Positions 25,301 to 38,300 of a stretch of 64,000 nucleotides of DNA are shown here, in pieces. The notes below the pieces were generated by a model. The model had not been told where the DNA came from. It was given only the letters and a program-made list of their open reading frames with translations, and ran no database searches. The stretch lies in assembly GCA_964016885.1 (NCBI GenBank), contig OZ024741.1:131440001-131504000 (forward strand), read 5' to 3'. How positions within the stretch are numbered: position 1 is the stretch's first letter; every line of letters starts with the position of its first letter. Made by a program: the position numbers and the translations under genes. The DNA is from Eledone cirrhosa. Its lineage: Eukaryota.

Positions 25301-25480
25301 AGGATGGTTAAAGAAAGTTTGTTCAGCCCCGCTTTTTGGAACACTTCAAAAGGCATGCTTGCTGGGAACAGCAAGAACCCTCCGATACATCCTGATTATC
25401 TGAGGCTGCAGGTAGTGGCTTGATATTCATTTCAACAAACTTTCCAGTTAAATAACAACAATGACTGACACTCAAAGAAC
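22386..25480 (+). mobile_element. R4/Dong-like subfamily B, degenerate
   Basis: ORFs 22540-23622, 23616-24101 (GIFQGDSLSP, MDD) and 24391-25192; ends in (TAC)n(TAA)n. Confidence 0.9.
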
Positions 25481-25482
25481 AA

Positions 25483-26550
<1,068 letters not shown>

Positions 26551-26928
26551 TACAAAAATTAGGCGATACGAGAGCAGAGTCAGAACCGCATGTTTGACAA
26601 CAACCAGAAGATGCTGTTTGGACAGCTTGAAGGGACAGAAAGAGGCAACGACTTGATCCCCGAGGCGGAACAAACTAAGGCATTCTAGAAAGGAATATGG
26701 GAGCAGGATGTTAAACATAATGACCAGGCAGTGTGGATTGAGACAGTACGAAAGGAGATTAGTGAACAGGCACACCAACAAACTGATTTGAGTATCAAAG
26801 GCATGCTTGCTGGGAACAGCAAGAAACCACCGATACGTCCTGAATATCTGAGGCTGCAGGTAGTGGCTTGATATTCATTTCAACAAACTTTCCAGTTAAC
26901 TAACATCAATGACTGAGACTCAAAGAAC
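26551..26928 (+). mobile_element. R4/Dong-like subfamily B, internally deleted fragment
   Basis: Matches about 22977-23237, then jumps at TCA (26795-26797) to the 3' end matching 25345-25480. Confidence 0.85.
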
Positions 26929-26934
26929 AACAAC

Positions 26935-27002
<68 letters not shown>

Positions 27003-27004
27003 TT

Positions 27005-28053
27005 ATTGACTATCTACAACATGTTCCACAAGAGGAGTGATGTCGATAGACTCTACCTAAGGAGATCTGAGGGTGGAAGAGGTCTTATCAGCATAGAGGA
27101 CTGTGTTCAGATGGAGAAAAACAACCTATACAAATACGTGACCTATAGTAAGGAGCCAATGCTCAGAGCTGTACTGAAGGAGGGGACAGTAGGCCAGGGG
27201 ATACCCAAGGAGGAAATAACATCAAGGAGGAAGAGCAGCCTTAAGGGAAAATCCCTTCATAGTACCTTCTTTGAGAAAACTGAATTTAGAGATCCACAGA
27301 CATGGAACTGGTTGAGAAGAGGAGACCTCAAAAAGGCTACAGAAGGAATGCTAATGGCTGCGCAGGAGCAGGCCCTCAAAACGAAGTGGAGGAGGCTAGC
27401 CCACTGTGCAGGATCTGTGGAGAGAGAGAGGAGACTGTGGCTCACATTGTGTCCGAGTGTAAACACCTAGCCCAGACCCACTATAAGGGCTGGAGACACG
27501 ATGTGATGGGCAGGGTGATCCACTGGCACCTGTGCAAAGTAAACAATCTACCACATTCTGAGAAGTGGTATGAGCATAGGCCAGAGGCGGTGATGGAGAA
27601 CAGTCAGGTGAAGGTGCTGTGGGATTTTAGGATACAGACGGACAAAAAACTGGAACACAATAGACCTGACCTGGTGGTTGTGGACAAAGAAAAAAGATCG
27701 TGCCTGATTGTGGATGAGGCCTGCCCGTTCGACACGAGAGTGCAAGAGAAGGAGAGGGAGAAAATTAACCGATACCAGGACCTAAAGTGGGAGGTGAAAA
27801 GGATTTGGAACTGCCATGAAGTCAAAGTGATCCCGATTGTCATAGGCGCACTGGGGACTATCTCCAAAGGTTTCCAGGGATGGTTAAAGAAAATCGGCCC
27901 CTTCACGCTTTTTGGAACGCTTCAAAAGGCATGCTTGCTTGGAACGGCAAGAACCCTCCGATACGTCCTGAATATCTGAGGCTGCAGGTAGTGGCTTGAT
28001 ATTCAATCCAACGGACTTTCCAGTTAACCAACATCAATGACTGAGATTCAAGG
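27005..28053 (+). mobile_element. R4/Dong-like subfamily B, 5'-truncated
   Basis: ORFs 27006-27470 and 27302-27979 with CCHC, RHD and NRPD; TAA tracts on both sides. Confidence 0.9.
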
Positions 28054-28088
28054 AATAACAATAACAATAATAATAATAACAATAATAA

Positions 28089-28354
28089 TTTCTTTATTGG
28101 CCACAATGGCTGACATCAAGAAAAAACATTACAGACGGCACCAGACGGTACAGGGCGGTACGATGTGCGTTTTGTGCGTGTAAATATTGTTATTATTTAT
28201 ATAAGAAAAGAAAAAAAAAGACATAGAAACATATATATATATAAACAATAAAAATGAAAATTGAAACAATGAAAAATTCTCGAATAGGGGGGAAAACTCC
28301 GAGGGTTACTCGTGGCGAAAACCACACAAAAGACCACGGCCACCCTGACCACCA
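28089..28354 (-). mobile_element. Tx1-clade 3' UTR fragment (divergent variant)
   Basis: TTTCTTTATT..CCACAA start and CCCTGACCACCA end, homologous to 25585-25800. Confidence 0.7.
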
Positions 28355-29056
28355 CAAAAAATTACCAAGCCAACATGATAAAAAATGGATGCAACCCATT
28401 ACGCTGTGTATGTAAAAATCAACCAGAGACCATTGATCATATAATTTCAATGTGCAGTCCTATAGCTCCAACCGAATACCTAAACAGGCATGACAGAGCT
28501 GCACAATACATACATTGGATAATGTGTAAGCATTTTGACCTGCGCCATCTAAAGAATTGGTGGGAGCATCAACCACCTCCCATACTTGAAAAAGATCACA
28601 TCTCAATATTGTGGAACTTTAGCATCCAAACAGACCGAAAAATAGATGCAAATAGACCTGATATAATACTGAAGGATTTTAAAAAGAGGATAATTGATAT
28701 GTCCGTTCCAATAGACAAGAATGTATCTCTAAAAACACTTGAAAAATTGAGCAAGTATAAGGACCTGGAGATAGAAATTGGAAAAATGTGGAAATTGAGA
28801 ACTAAAACAATACCAGTGGTTGTAAGCGCTCTAGGAATGATACCTAAGGGGTCTAATGATTACTTATCGCAAATCCCAGGAAACCCGCGTATAGGAGAAA
28901 TACAAAAGATAGTACTAATGGGAACTGTCCATATACTAAGGAAGATTCTGTCAATATAAGTACATCACAAGTCTAAACACCTAAAGATGCATGTGTGTGT
29001 ATGTATGTTCTTTCTTGTGACTTGGTGATAACTCGTATGAACATAAAGATTAATGT

Positions 29057-29062
<6 letters not shown>
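28354..29062 (+). mobile_element. R4/Dong-like subfamily A, 3' fragment
   Basis: KNYQAN..RHD..NRPDII..LRKILSI and 3' UTR matching 34607-35367. Confidence 0.9.
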
Positions 29063-29084
<22 letters not shown>

Positions 29085-29087
<3 letters not shown>

Positions 29088-29260
29088 GTCTCTACATTTG
29101 GCACAAGGCCAGCAATTACCCAGTGCATTACTGGTACTTTATTTTATCGACCACGTAAGGATGAAAGGCAAAGTTAACCTCGGCAGATTTTGAACGACAA
29201 GGGCCGTAACTCTATGCGTCAAAGCATGGCGTCCGACCCTCTACCGATACTGCCAATCCA
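29085..29260 (-). mobile_element. SINE family 1
   Basis: Shared core and tail; tail-to-tail with Dong across (TAA)n. Confidence 0.75.
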
Positions 29261-29784
29261 CAATAACAATATGTATAAATCGAAGTTGAGCCGCAATATA
29301 GGATATACCAATCGAATTGTTTGAAGCAGTTAGAAAGCACTCAATGAGGCGAAAAGTTAATATATAGAACATAAAGTTAAGAAAGTTTGACACAAAAAGA
29401 AATCGGACAAATGCATAAGGTTATACTTGTAAAACATCAACGATAAATACAAACAGGTGGAACACTATCCTAGACCGTCTCGAGTAGATAGGAATCGACA
29501 GAAATCCATAAAAATCTTAGAGAGATTTCTGGGCTTTCGGGCTTTATGCACCACATGCATATGCAAGTCAAAAACGCATTTTCATGATAAAACTGGAGAT
29601 TCCTTCATCAACAGGCTTTGTTCCGTATTATCCAACGTGGTTCTGTCCTCTGACATTGAGGCATTGTAGTATCATAGTAATTTCGATTGTGTCATCACGT
29701 GATTTTTCTCAAAGGAGGAACGTCTAGTTGGCCGAACTGTTAGCTGGTAAATTCAGGTGCGAATAAAGGGATTTTCACAGCCTC

Positions 29785-29842
<58 letters not shown>

Positions 29843-30153
29843 ATATTGTTTTATTTGGGGATGTTGATATTGCCAATATTACCGATAAAAACATATACAG
29901 GCTATTTGATTTTCACTTCAGCTTTATTTACAATTATTTAGTTCGCGAATGTTCTTTTGTCACACATCTTGTGATCTCCTCAATGACTATCTATTTTTCT
30001 CTCTGCCTCTTTCTGGTCTTATTTATTTGCCCCATCTTGACTTTCTGAAGGAAACATATCATGTATATATATATATATATATATATGCATGTGTGTGTGT
30101 GTGTGCGTGTGTGTATGTGTGCGTGTGTGTGTGCGTGTGTGTGTGTGCGTGTG

Positions 30154-30215
<62 letters not shown>

Positions 30216-30257
30216 TGTGTGTCTGTCTGTCTGTTTGTATCTATGTGTGTATACATA

Positions 30258-31519
30258 CAGGGGTTGGACAAAATAATGGAAACACCTAGCATCATAATTT
30301 TGAATTATCTATAAAACCGCCAATAGCTTGTTTACTTTTATGTTTTTTTTATTTATTATTAGTCTTGCTTAATATGTTTTGTTAAAATTGCTGTTTCTTT
30401 TCAGATATAATCAGAAAAAGGTAATTAAAATTCATTAAAATGACAGATCTGTCGGACTTTCAAAGAGGTCAAATTGTTGGTTCTCGTATGGCAGGCGCTA
30501 GCGTAACGAAAACACCCGAAATGTTTGGTGTATCAAGAAGTACTGTCTCGAAAGCCTTTGAGAAAGAGGGAAAAAACCTCCTCGTCGAAACAAAACTCCG
30601 GAAGAAAACCAAAACTTTCAGATAGGGACCATCGGACTCTTACGCAAATTGTTAGAAAGGATCACAAAAGTACAGCTCCCAAAATTACTGCAGAGCTTAA
30701 TTACCACCTCGAGAACCTAGTTTCCACAAAAACTGTTCGCCGGGAGCTGCACAAAGCCGGATTTCACGGGAGGGCTGCAATCAGAAAACCATACTTTCAA
30801 AACCAAACGTTGCAAAGCGATTAGAGTGGAGTAAAAACCTACAGAATTGGTCCCTAGAGCAGTGGAAGAATGTTATTTTCTCGGACGAGTAATCCTTTAA
30901 CTTATTTCCGACCACCGGCCGAGTATACGTGTGGAGTCAGCCAAAGAAGCATTTGACCCAGACTGCCTTCTTCCAACTGTTAAACATGGAGCAGGATCTG
31001 TGATGATCGGGGGGTAGGGGGGCTAAATCTTGGAAATCCGCCGGCCCAATGGTTTCCCATCATGGCAGAATTAATAGTCAAGACTATTTAAGCATTTTAT
31101 CTGATCAAATTCATGCTATGGTTGCGGAACTGTTTCCGGAGGGAAACGCAATCTTTCAGGATGATAATGCACCAATTCACACAGCTAAAGTTGTGACTGA
31201 ATGGCACGAGGAACATTCTAATGAAGTTGAACATCGTATCTGGCCACCGCAGTCCCCAGATCTCAATATTATTGAACATTTATGGTGTATTTTGGAAAAA
31301 CAAGTAAGGAGTCGATATCCCCCACCATCATCACTACAAGAACTGGAGACTGTTTCAGCTGAAGAATGGACAAAAATTCCTTTGGAAACAATTCAAACTA
31401 TGTACGAGTCCATAACTCGTAGAATTCAAGCTCTAATTACTGCCAAAGGCGGGGCTCACCATATTAAAATAAATTTGTTTGAAATTTTAAGGTTTTTCCA
31501 TTATTTTGTCCAACCCCTG
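30258..31519 (+). mobile_element. Tc1/mariner DNA transposon, full length with disrupted transposase
   Basis: 25-bp TIR CAGGGGTTGGACAAAATAATGGAAA and its inverse, TA on both sides; frames 30440-31470 give HTH, FSDE, FQDDNAPIH and SPDLNIIE. Confidence 0.92.
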
Positions 31520-31560
31520 TATATATATATATATTGTTAAATATGCTGGGTTCGTCAACT

Positions 31561-31603
<43 letters not shown>

Positions 31604-31690
31604 GAGGTTATATTTAATCTGTTGGGATTCAACAAGCTTAAACATTTTTTATAACTGATATAAACACTCAACAAAGGTGGAGTAAATATA

Positions 31691-31960
31691 CAATATATTA
31701 TCAAATGGAAACTATATTTATAAAACCATATTTATTTTATTATACATATTTCAAGGGCCACCAAGGCAAATTATCCAGGAAGCTCCAACCGTTAAGGTTG
31801 TCTTTTTTTTCAGGGAATGTCAATATTTATTTATAAAACTAATTCTGTATTGTATTTTATCTGATGAAAGCGCAACATAATTTGCCTTGGTGGCCCTTGA
31901 AATATGTATAATAAAATAAGTATGGTTTTATAAATATAGTTTCCATTTGATAATATATTG
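31691..31960. mobile_element. Fold-back element with HHR (same family as about 4020-4150)
   Basis: Arms 31691-31773 and 31877-31960; TATTTTAT-CTGATGA..GAAA-TATGTAT-A-ATAAAATA at 31853-31918. Confidence 0.7.
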
Positions 31961-31994
<34 letters not shown>

Positions 31995-32042
31995 CATACA
32001 AGCATGCACATGCATACACATATATAATAACAAACAATAATC

Positions 32043-32044
32043 AT

Positions 32045-32130
<86 letters not shown>

Positions 32131-32175
32131 CAACTACTACTACTACTGCTACTACTACTGCTACTACTACTACTG
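32043..32175. repeat. Compound (TAC)n/(TGC)n microsatellite
   Basis: Direct reading. Confidence 0.95.
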
Positions 32176-32488
32176 TTTCGTTTTCCCCAATTTTCAGCCA
32201 TTACATGCTCTACATTTGTGTTGGATAATTGCTATGCTTCTGACATGTTAACAGCTCGCTTATGATACAATTTCACAACTAAATTACATTGGTAGCAAAC
32301 TACATTGATAACAAATAGCAACACAGTTTGCACCTTACTTGCCGTTCGTTCAATTTGGAATGTTGTGGTTTTCTTTGTTTTTCTTAATGTTTAAAACAAA
32401 AATCTTTTTTTTTAAATTAACAGAGATTTCATTCACTCACACCAAAAAAATATTGTACATGATGATGATGATGAAGATGATGATAATG

Positions 32489-32536
<48 letters not shown>

Positions 32537-32538
<2 letters not shown>

Positions 32539-35221
32539 CTATAAAGTAGGTGAACATGTTAAACAAACTAAACTTAGAAAATTGAAAAGAAAGTACAGTA
32601 TAAAACAAACAAGTGACATAGGCATGCTGATAGAAATAATCAAGCAAAAAGTGTCGGCCAAAGCTGCTCGTATAAGGCGCTTTAAAAAACGATCTAGATT
32701 CTATAAGGACAATAATATGTTCAAAACCAACCAAAGAAACTTCTACAGAAAAATTGGTAAGTCAACAATAACTGCTAAATCAATACCACCCAAGGAGGAA
32801 GTGCAAGAATTCTGGGAAAAGATCTGGGCCGAAGAAAAAGTTAATAATATACATGCCCCATGGATAGACAGACAAATGAAAGATACAGCTCACCCTGAGG
32901 AACAAATATGGGAAAATATAACAGTTGAACAGTTGCGTTTGGCTCTAAGAAAAACCAGCAAATGGAAATCCCCAGGAAAAGACAAAATACAAAAAAATGT
33001 TTGGATAAATGCCTTCACAGAGTCCCATGAGCTGTTAGCCCAACTTTACAATGAAATAGTTAAGGAGCCAGAAAAGATACCATCATGGCTAGTTAACGGC
33101 ATTACATTCCTGCTTCCGAAGAATGATGAGACAAACAATCCCAAAAATTACAGACCGATAACTTGCTTGACCACAATGTATAAAATTTTAACATCAGTCC
33201 TAACTGAATATACATATGACCACCTGATAACTAATCACCTATTTCCCATTGAGCAGAAAGAGTGTAAACGAGGCTCATATGGCTGTAAGGATCAGCTTTT
33301 GGTTAACAAAATGATACTGGAAGATTGTCATAATAGACACAAAAATCTATCAATTGCTTGGATAGATTATAAAAAAGCATTCGATAGTTTTCCACACAGT
33401 TGGATTGAAAAATGTTTAGAGATTTTCAAAGTATCCCCCGTTGTCAGGAGGTTTTTGTCATTCAGTATGAAGACATGGAAAACGACACTCCCTTTGAATA
33501 GTGAAACAAAATCACTGGAAGCTGGAGAAGTTAATATTAATTGTGGAATTTTTCAGGGTGACTCTTTATCACCGCTTTTATTCTGCATCGCACTTATACC
33601 ATTAAGTAAAATGCTCAATGAAACAAAACATGGATATAAAGTCTATGACAAAACCATTAATCACTTGTTCTACATGGATGACCTGAAACTATTTGCAAAA
33701 AATGATGAACAATTGCAAGGGCTATTATCCACTGTGGAGCAGTTCAGTGATGACATTAAAATGGAGTTTGGACTAGAGAAATGCGCCAAAGCAACGTTCA
33801 CCAGAGGAAAGCTGCTGAAAAGTTCAGACATTAATCTTGATCGAGGGAATGTGATAAGAGAACTTGATCAAGAGGAAACTTACAAATATCTAGGTGTTTG
33901 TGAAGGAGACGGATTCAAGCACTCGACAATGAGGGAAAGGATAAGGAAGGAGTGTTACCGCAGAGTAAGAGCAATCTTAAGAACGGAATTGAATGCAAGG
34001 AATAGGATCGATGCCATAAACACGCTTGCCATACCAGTAGTAACCTACAGTTACAATGTCATCAACTGGTCAAGCACAGAGATCCGTAGGCTCGATACAA
34101 AAATTCGAAAATTCTTAACCATGCACAGAATGCATCACCCTAAGGCAGATACAGATAGAATATATCTCCCTAGGAAAGAAGGAGGACGTGGGTTAATCCA
34201 GTTAGACATTGCGTTGAAAACTGCAACAATTGGATTATCTACATATCTAAGGGAATCACATGATTGGATGATCAAACTCGTTTTGAAACACGAAAGTATC
34301 AAAAGATCATACTCCATTACAAAATATGCACAAAGATACAGTAATGGACTACACATTTCAGAAGTCCCATTTACTGCTGAACTGGAAAACACAGAAAAAG
34401 CAAAGCAGGTAAAAGTAACTGCAAAGAAAGAACTGCTACAGAAACTGACTAAGAAATGGCAAGAAAAGCCTCTGTATGGAAAATACCCAGAACGAGCTAA
34501 CAATCCTGATGTTGACAAAACTTTAACCCATCAGTGGTTGGCATCCTCTGGACTGAAATCGGAGACTGAAGGACTGATTATATCAGCACAAGATCAGTGT
34601 CTGCCAACAAAAAATTACCAAGCCAACATAATAAAAAATGGATGCAGCCCATTGTGCCGTGTATGTAAAAATCAACCAGAGACCATTGACCATATAATTT
34701 CAATGTGCAGTCCTATAGCTCCAACCGAATACCTAAACAGGCATGACAGAGCTGCACAATACATACATTGGATAATGTGTAAGCATTTTGACCTGCCCCA
34801 TCAAAAGAATTGGTGGGAGCACCAACCACCTCCCATACTTGAAAAAGATCACATCTCAAACTTGTGGAACTTTAGCATCCAAACAGACCGAAAAATAGAT
34901 GCGAATAGACCTGATATAATATTGAAGGACTTTAAAAAGAGGGTATGCCTGCTAATTGATATGTCCGTTCCAATAGACAAGAATGTATCTCTAAAAACAC
35001 TTGAAAAATTGAGCAAGTATAAGGACCTGGAGATAGAAATTGGAAAAATGTGGAAATTGAGAACTAAAACAATACAAGTGGTTGTAGGCGCTCTAGGAAT
35101 GATACCTAAAGGGTCTAATGATTACTCATCGCAAATCCCAGGAAACCCGCGTATAGGAGAAATACAAAAGATAGTACTAATGGGAACTGCCCATATACTA
35201 AGGAAGATTCTGTCAATATAA
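32537..35221 (+). CDS. RT + CCHC + RLE, open frame (native N-terminus missing)
   Basis: YMDD, CRVC..H..C, RHD, NRPDII..D, KLSKY all intact. The computed ORF from 32339 includes microsatellite read-through. Confidence 0.85.
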
Positions 35222-35367
35222 GTACATCACAAGTCTAAACACTAAAGATGCATGTGTGTGTATGTATGTTCTTTCTTGATCATGGCGGACCTTGTTGTCT
35301 CTTGAGGTTACTGGTTGTGACTTGGTGATAACTCGTATGAACAGAAAGCAAGATAAATGCAGCTGTA
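32538..35367 (+). mobile_element. R4/Dong-like subfamily A, copy 2 (5'-truncated, young)
   Basis: Starts right after (TAA)n and ends in (TAA)n; open frame throughout. Confidence 0.92.
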
Positions 35368-35384
35368 ATAATAATAATAATAAT

Positions 35385-38300
35385 GATTTCTTTATTAACC
35401 ACAAGGGTTTACATAAAGTAGACATTAAGGACAGCGCAGGACAATACTGGACGGTACAAATGGGCATTTCTGCGTGTAAAAAACAAAAACAGAGGATGTA
35501 ACAAAAAAATAACAATGAAAAATTCCCCAATAGGGGGGAGACTTCGGAGGGACATTTGTGGAGAAAAAGCCCAGTAAAAGGCCAGAGTGACCCTGAGCAC
35601 CAAGGCAACTGCCCTCTCCCAGTTTTCCACTTTTATTTTACAGATACGTACTCAGAGTAGACCCATTCACTCGGGCCATTCTTGCTTCTCTCACCCATCT
35701 TTCAACAAAATGCTGGGAAGAGAGCACTTCCCTCTCTACTCTGATTTTCCTTTTTAAATGAAATTTGAAAAAGTCAATCAGGGCATCACCGAAGAGGTAA
35801 GTGCTCGTCTTCAACCCTTTCAAACGTGTCCACCATACTATCTCTTTCGCCATGGCCACCAGACAGATAAAAACTGCCTGCCCTTCCCGGCTAAAGGAAG
35901 AGGGCGGGGCAATCCTCACGATGGACTCAGATGATAGCCGGATCCGTCCTACACGCAACAGCAGGTGTTCGACATAAACCCACAAGTCAGCAATTTTCGG
36001 ACACTGGACGAGTGCGTGTAGGACGGTTTCGTCGCACTGCGCGCATCTCCGACATGTCCGGCTGACGGCACCTCCATGCCTGTAGAGATTATCCTGAACT
36101 GGCAAGGCTCCTCGGTAGCACTGCCAGGCCAGAGATTTCTGGAAGTTGTCCATAGGTCCCGGCCCGAAAGTTCTTCCGAAGAGATTGACTAGTTGATTTT
36201 CGTCGTCGCCTAGAGTTTCCCGAAATACGTCGTCGCTCTTCCCCTCCACTAATCCTCTATAGAACGCCGAGGTGGAGTTTCCACCGAACACATTGCCCGA
36301 TTGGTCGAGGGCTGTGAGCGCCTGAAGACATTCCAGTCTCCAGGCGCTCCCTCTCGGTCTTCGCTTGACCCAGGACTGCAGCTCCGTCAAGGAAACGAGC
36401 TGGGGAAATACGTGTCTAGCAAACGGCGACCACACCTGATCACCGTCGAGGAAGAGGTGGAGATGTCGTAGCCTGAGCGCGTGTCTGCGCATCATCAGCC
36501 ACGGCATTCCCAGCCCTCCACGTAGCGGGTGTTGACAGCAGATGGACCGCCTGACCATCGGAGCGCGTCCCTTCCACAAAAAGCGAAAGAGCAAACGCTC
36601 CAGCGCAGTCAGGCGGGGCTTAGGACAAGATACGACGGTCAGGCGGTAGCAGATGGCAGACGCGATGTACGCGTTAGCCACCTCCGCTCGACCTTTCAGG
36701 GATAGCTTCCTCTCCGCCCATTTCTGGGTGAGAGAAGCCACCCTCCTCGTCACTTCGTCCCAGTTTTTGTCCGTCTGGAGGTCCGGACAGAACCAGACCC
36801 CTAGAAATTTAACCGGTCCGTCTGTCCAGCGTCCGACGACGCTGTTGGACGGCATGGACATGCCTCTCCAGGTGCCGAGCTGCAGGCCCACTGACTTTTC
36901 CTGGTTGATCATTGCTCCTGTCACCGCTTCGTATTCTCTTAGTGTAGTGCCAATCGCCTCGATGTGTTTGGCGTTCGACACCACTACGGTGACATCGTCC
37001 GCAAATGCTGACACGGATCTTCCGCATCCTAGTTCGCGCGGGACCCCCCTCAACGTCTCCAGTTTGTGCAGTAATGGCTCGAGAGTCAATACGTACAAGA
37101 GGGACAAGAGGGGCCACCTTGGCGGACCGAGCGCATGATGTTGAACGGTTCCGAAAGGTGACCGTTCACTCTCACCACAGAGCAGATGTCGCTGTGCATG
37201 GCAGCGATCCAGCCTCTGAAGACGGACCCAAAGCCAGCCGCTCTCAGGACTGCCGCTAGGTAACGATGGTCGACCCCATCGAAAGCCTTCGACTGATCTA
37301 AATTGATCAAGGACCAACCCGTTCCCGGTTCCCTAGCTACCCTCTCTACGATGTATCGCATGAGATGGCGGTTGTCGTGGATGGATCTGTCGGGAATGGC
37401 GCATGTCTGCGCCTCTCCCACCAGACCACCAACGACAAGCGCCAACCTGTTTGCTAGCACCTTGGCCAAAATCTTGAACTCTGTGTTTAGCAGAGTTATG
37501 GGCCTGAAATTATCTATGTTATCCCCCTTGTTCGGATCCTTTCTCAGCAGCGCCACAGCTCCTCGGCTCACAAAGCTGGGAATTCTCCTGTTCTGTTGCC
37601 AGTTGCAGTAGACGTCCGCCAAGAGGCCTCCGAACAAGTCTGGTATCTGTACGTAAAGTTCATAGGTGAGACCATCCAAACCAGGCGATTTACCCCTTGT
37701 GCAGCCAGTCATTGCCTCCCGTATTTCAGCGGCTGTTATCGGCTTTTCGCAACACTCCGCCTCAGTGGCCGAGAGCAGCGGCAGTACGTCGAGGTAGACA
37801 CTAAAGTCCATCCCTCGACCCGGCCCACCGCTGCCCCCGAACAGCTGAGCGAAGTGTCGCTGAAAAGCTTCACACATTTGCCCGGGATCGAGTAGCATGC
37901 GCCCGTCGTGGTCCACCAAAGACCGGATCGTGGCTTTGTTGCCACGACGCGCCTCCGCCACTCGGGCCCATTAAACGGCTTTCGTCCCCTCGTGTCTGAG
38001 ACCACGCACCCTAGTTCTGACAACGCAGCCTTCGTGCTTTGCATTGAAGAATTGGTCAAGGGCCAATTTCGCCGCAAGCACGTCGGTCGCGATGTATTTG
38101 CTAAGCGCCTCGTCTAATTTTTTAACTAGTTCTCTAAACCTAATGGACTCTATTCTAATCGCTCTTTTCAGAGCAAACCACCACTTGTTGTTGACGATGG
38201 CCCCCGTCAACGCCCGCTTAACTAGTTCGCTAATCCGGTCTCTGTAGGCCTTGCGCGCTGGTAAGGACGCGTTTAGCTTCCAGTAGCCGGGTCCTCGTCT

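Noticed and set aside
29450-29780. Possible host exon in non-repetitive sequence
   Set aside because: No recognisable protein and no convincing splice-site pair; similar for 42760-43140 and 63712-63915.
32339-32536. Hydrophobic N-terminus of the 960-aa ORF as part of the element
   Set aside because: Flanking DNA and microsatellite read-through, not element sequence.
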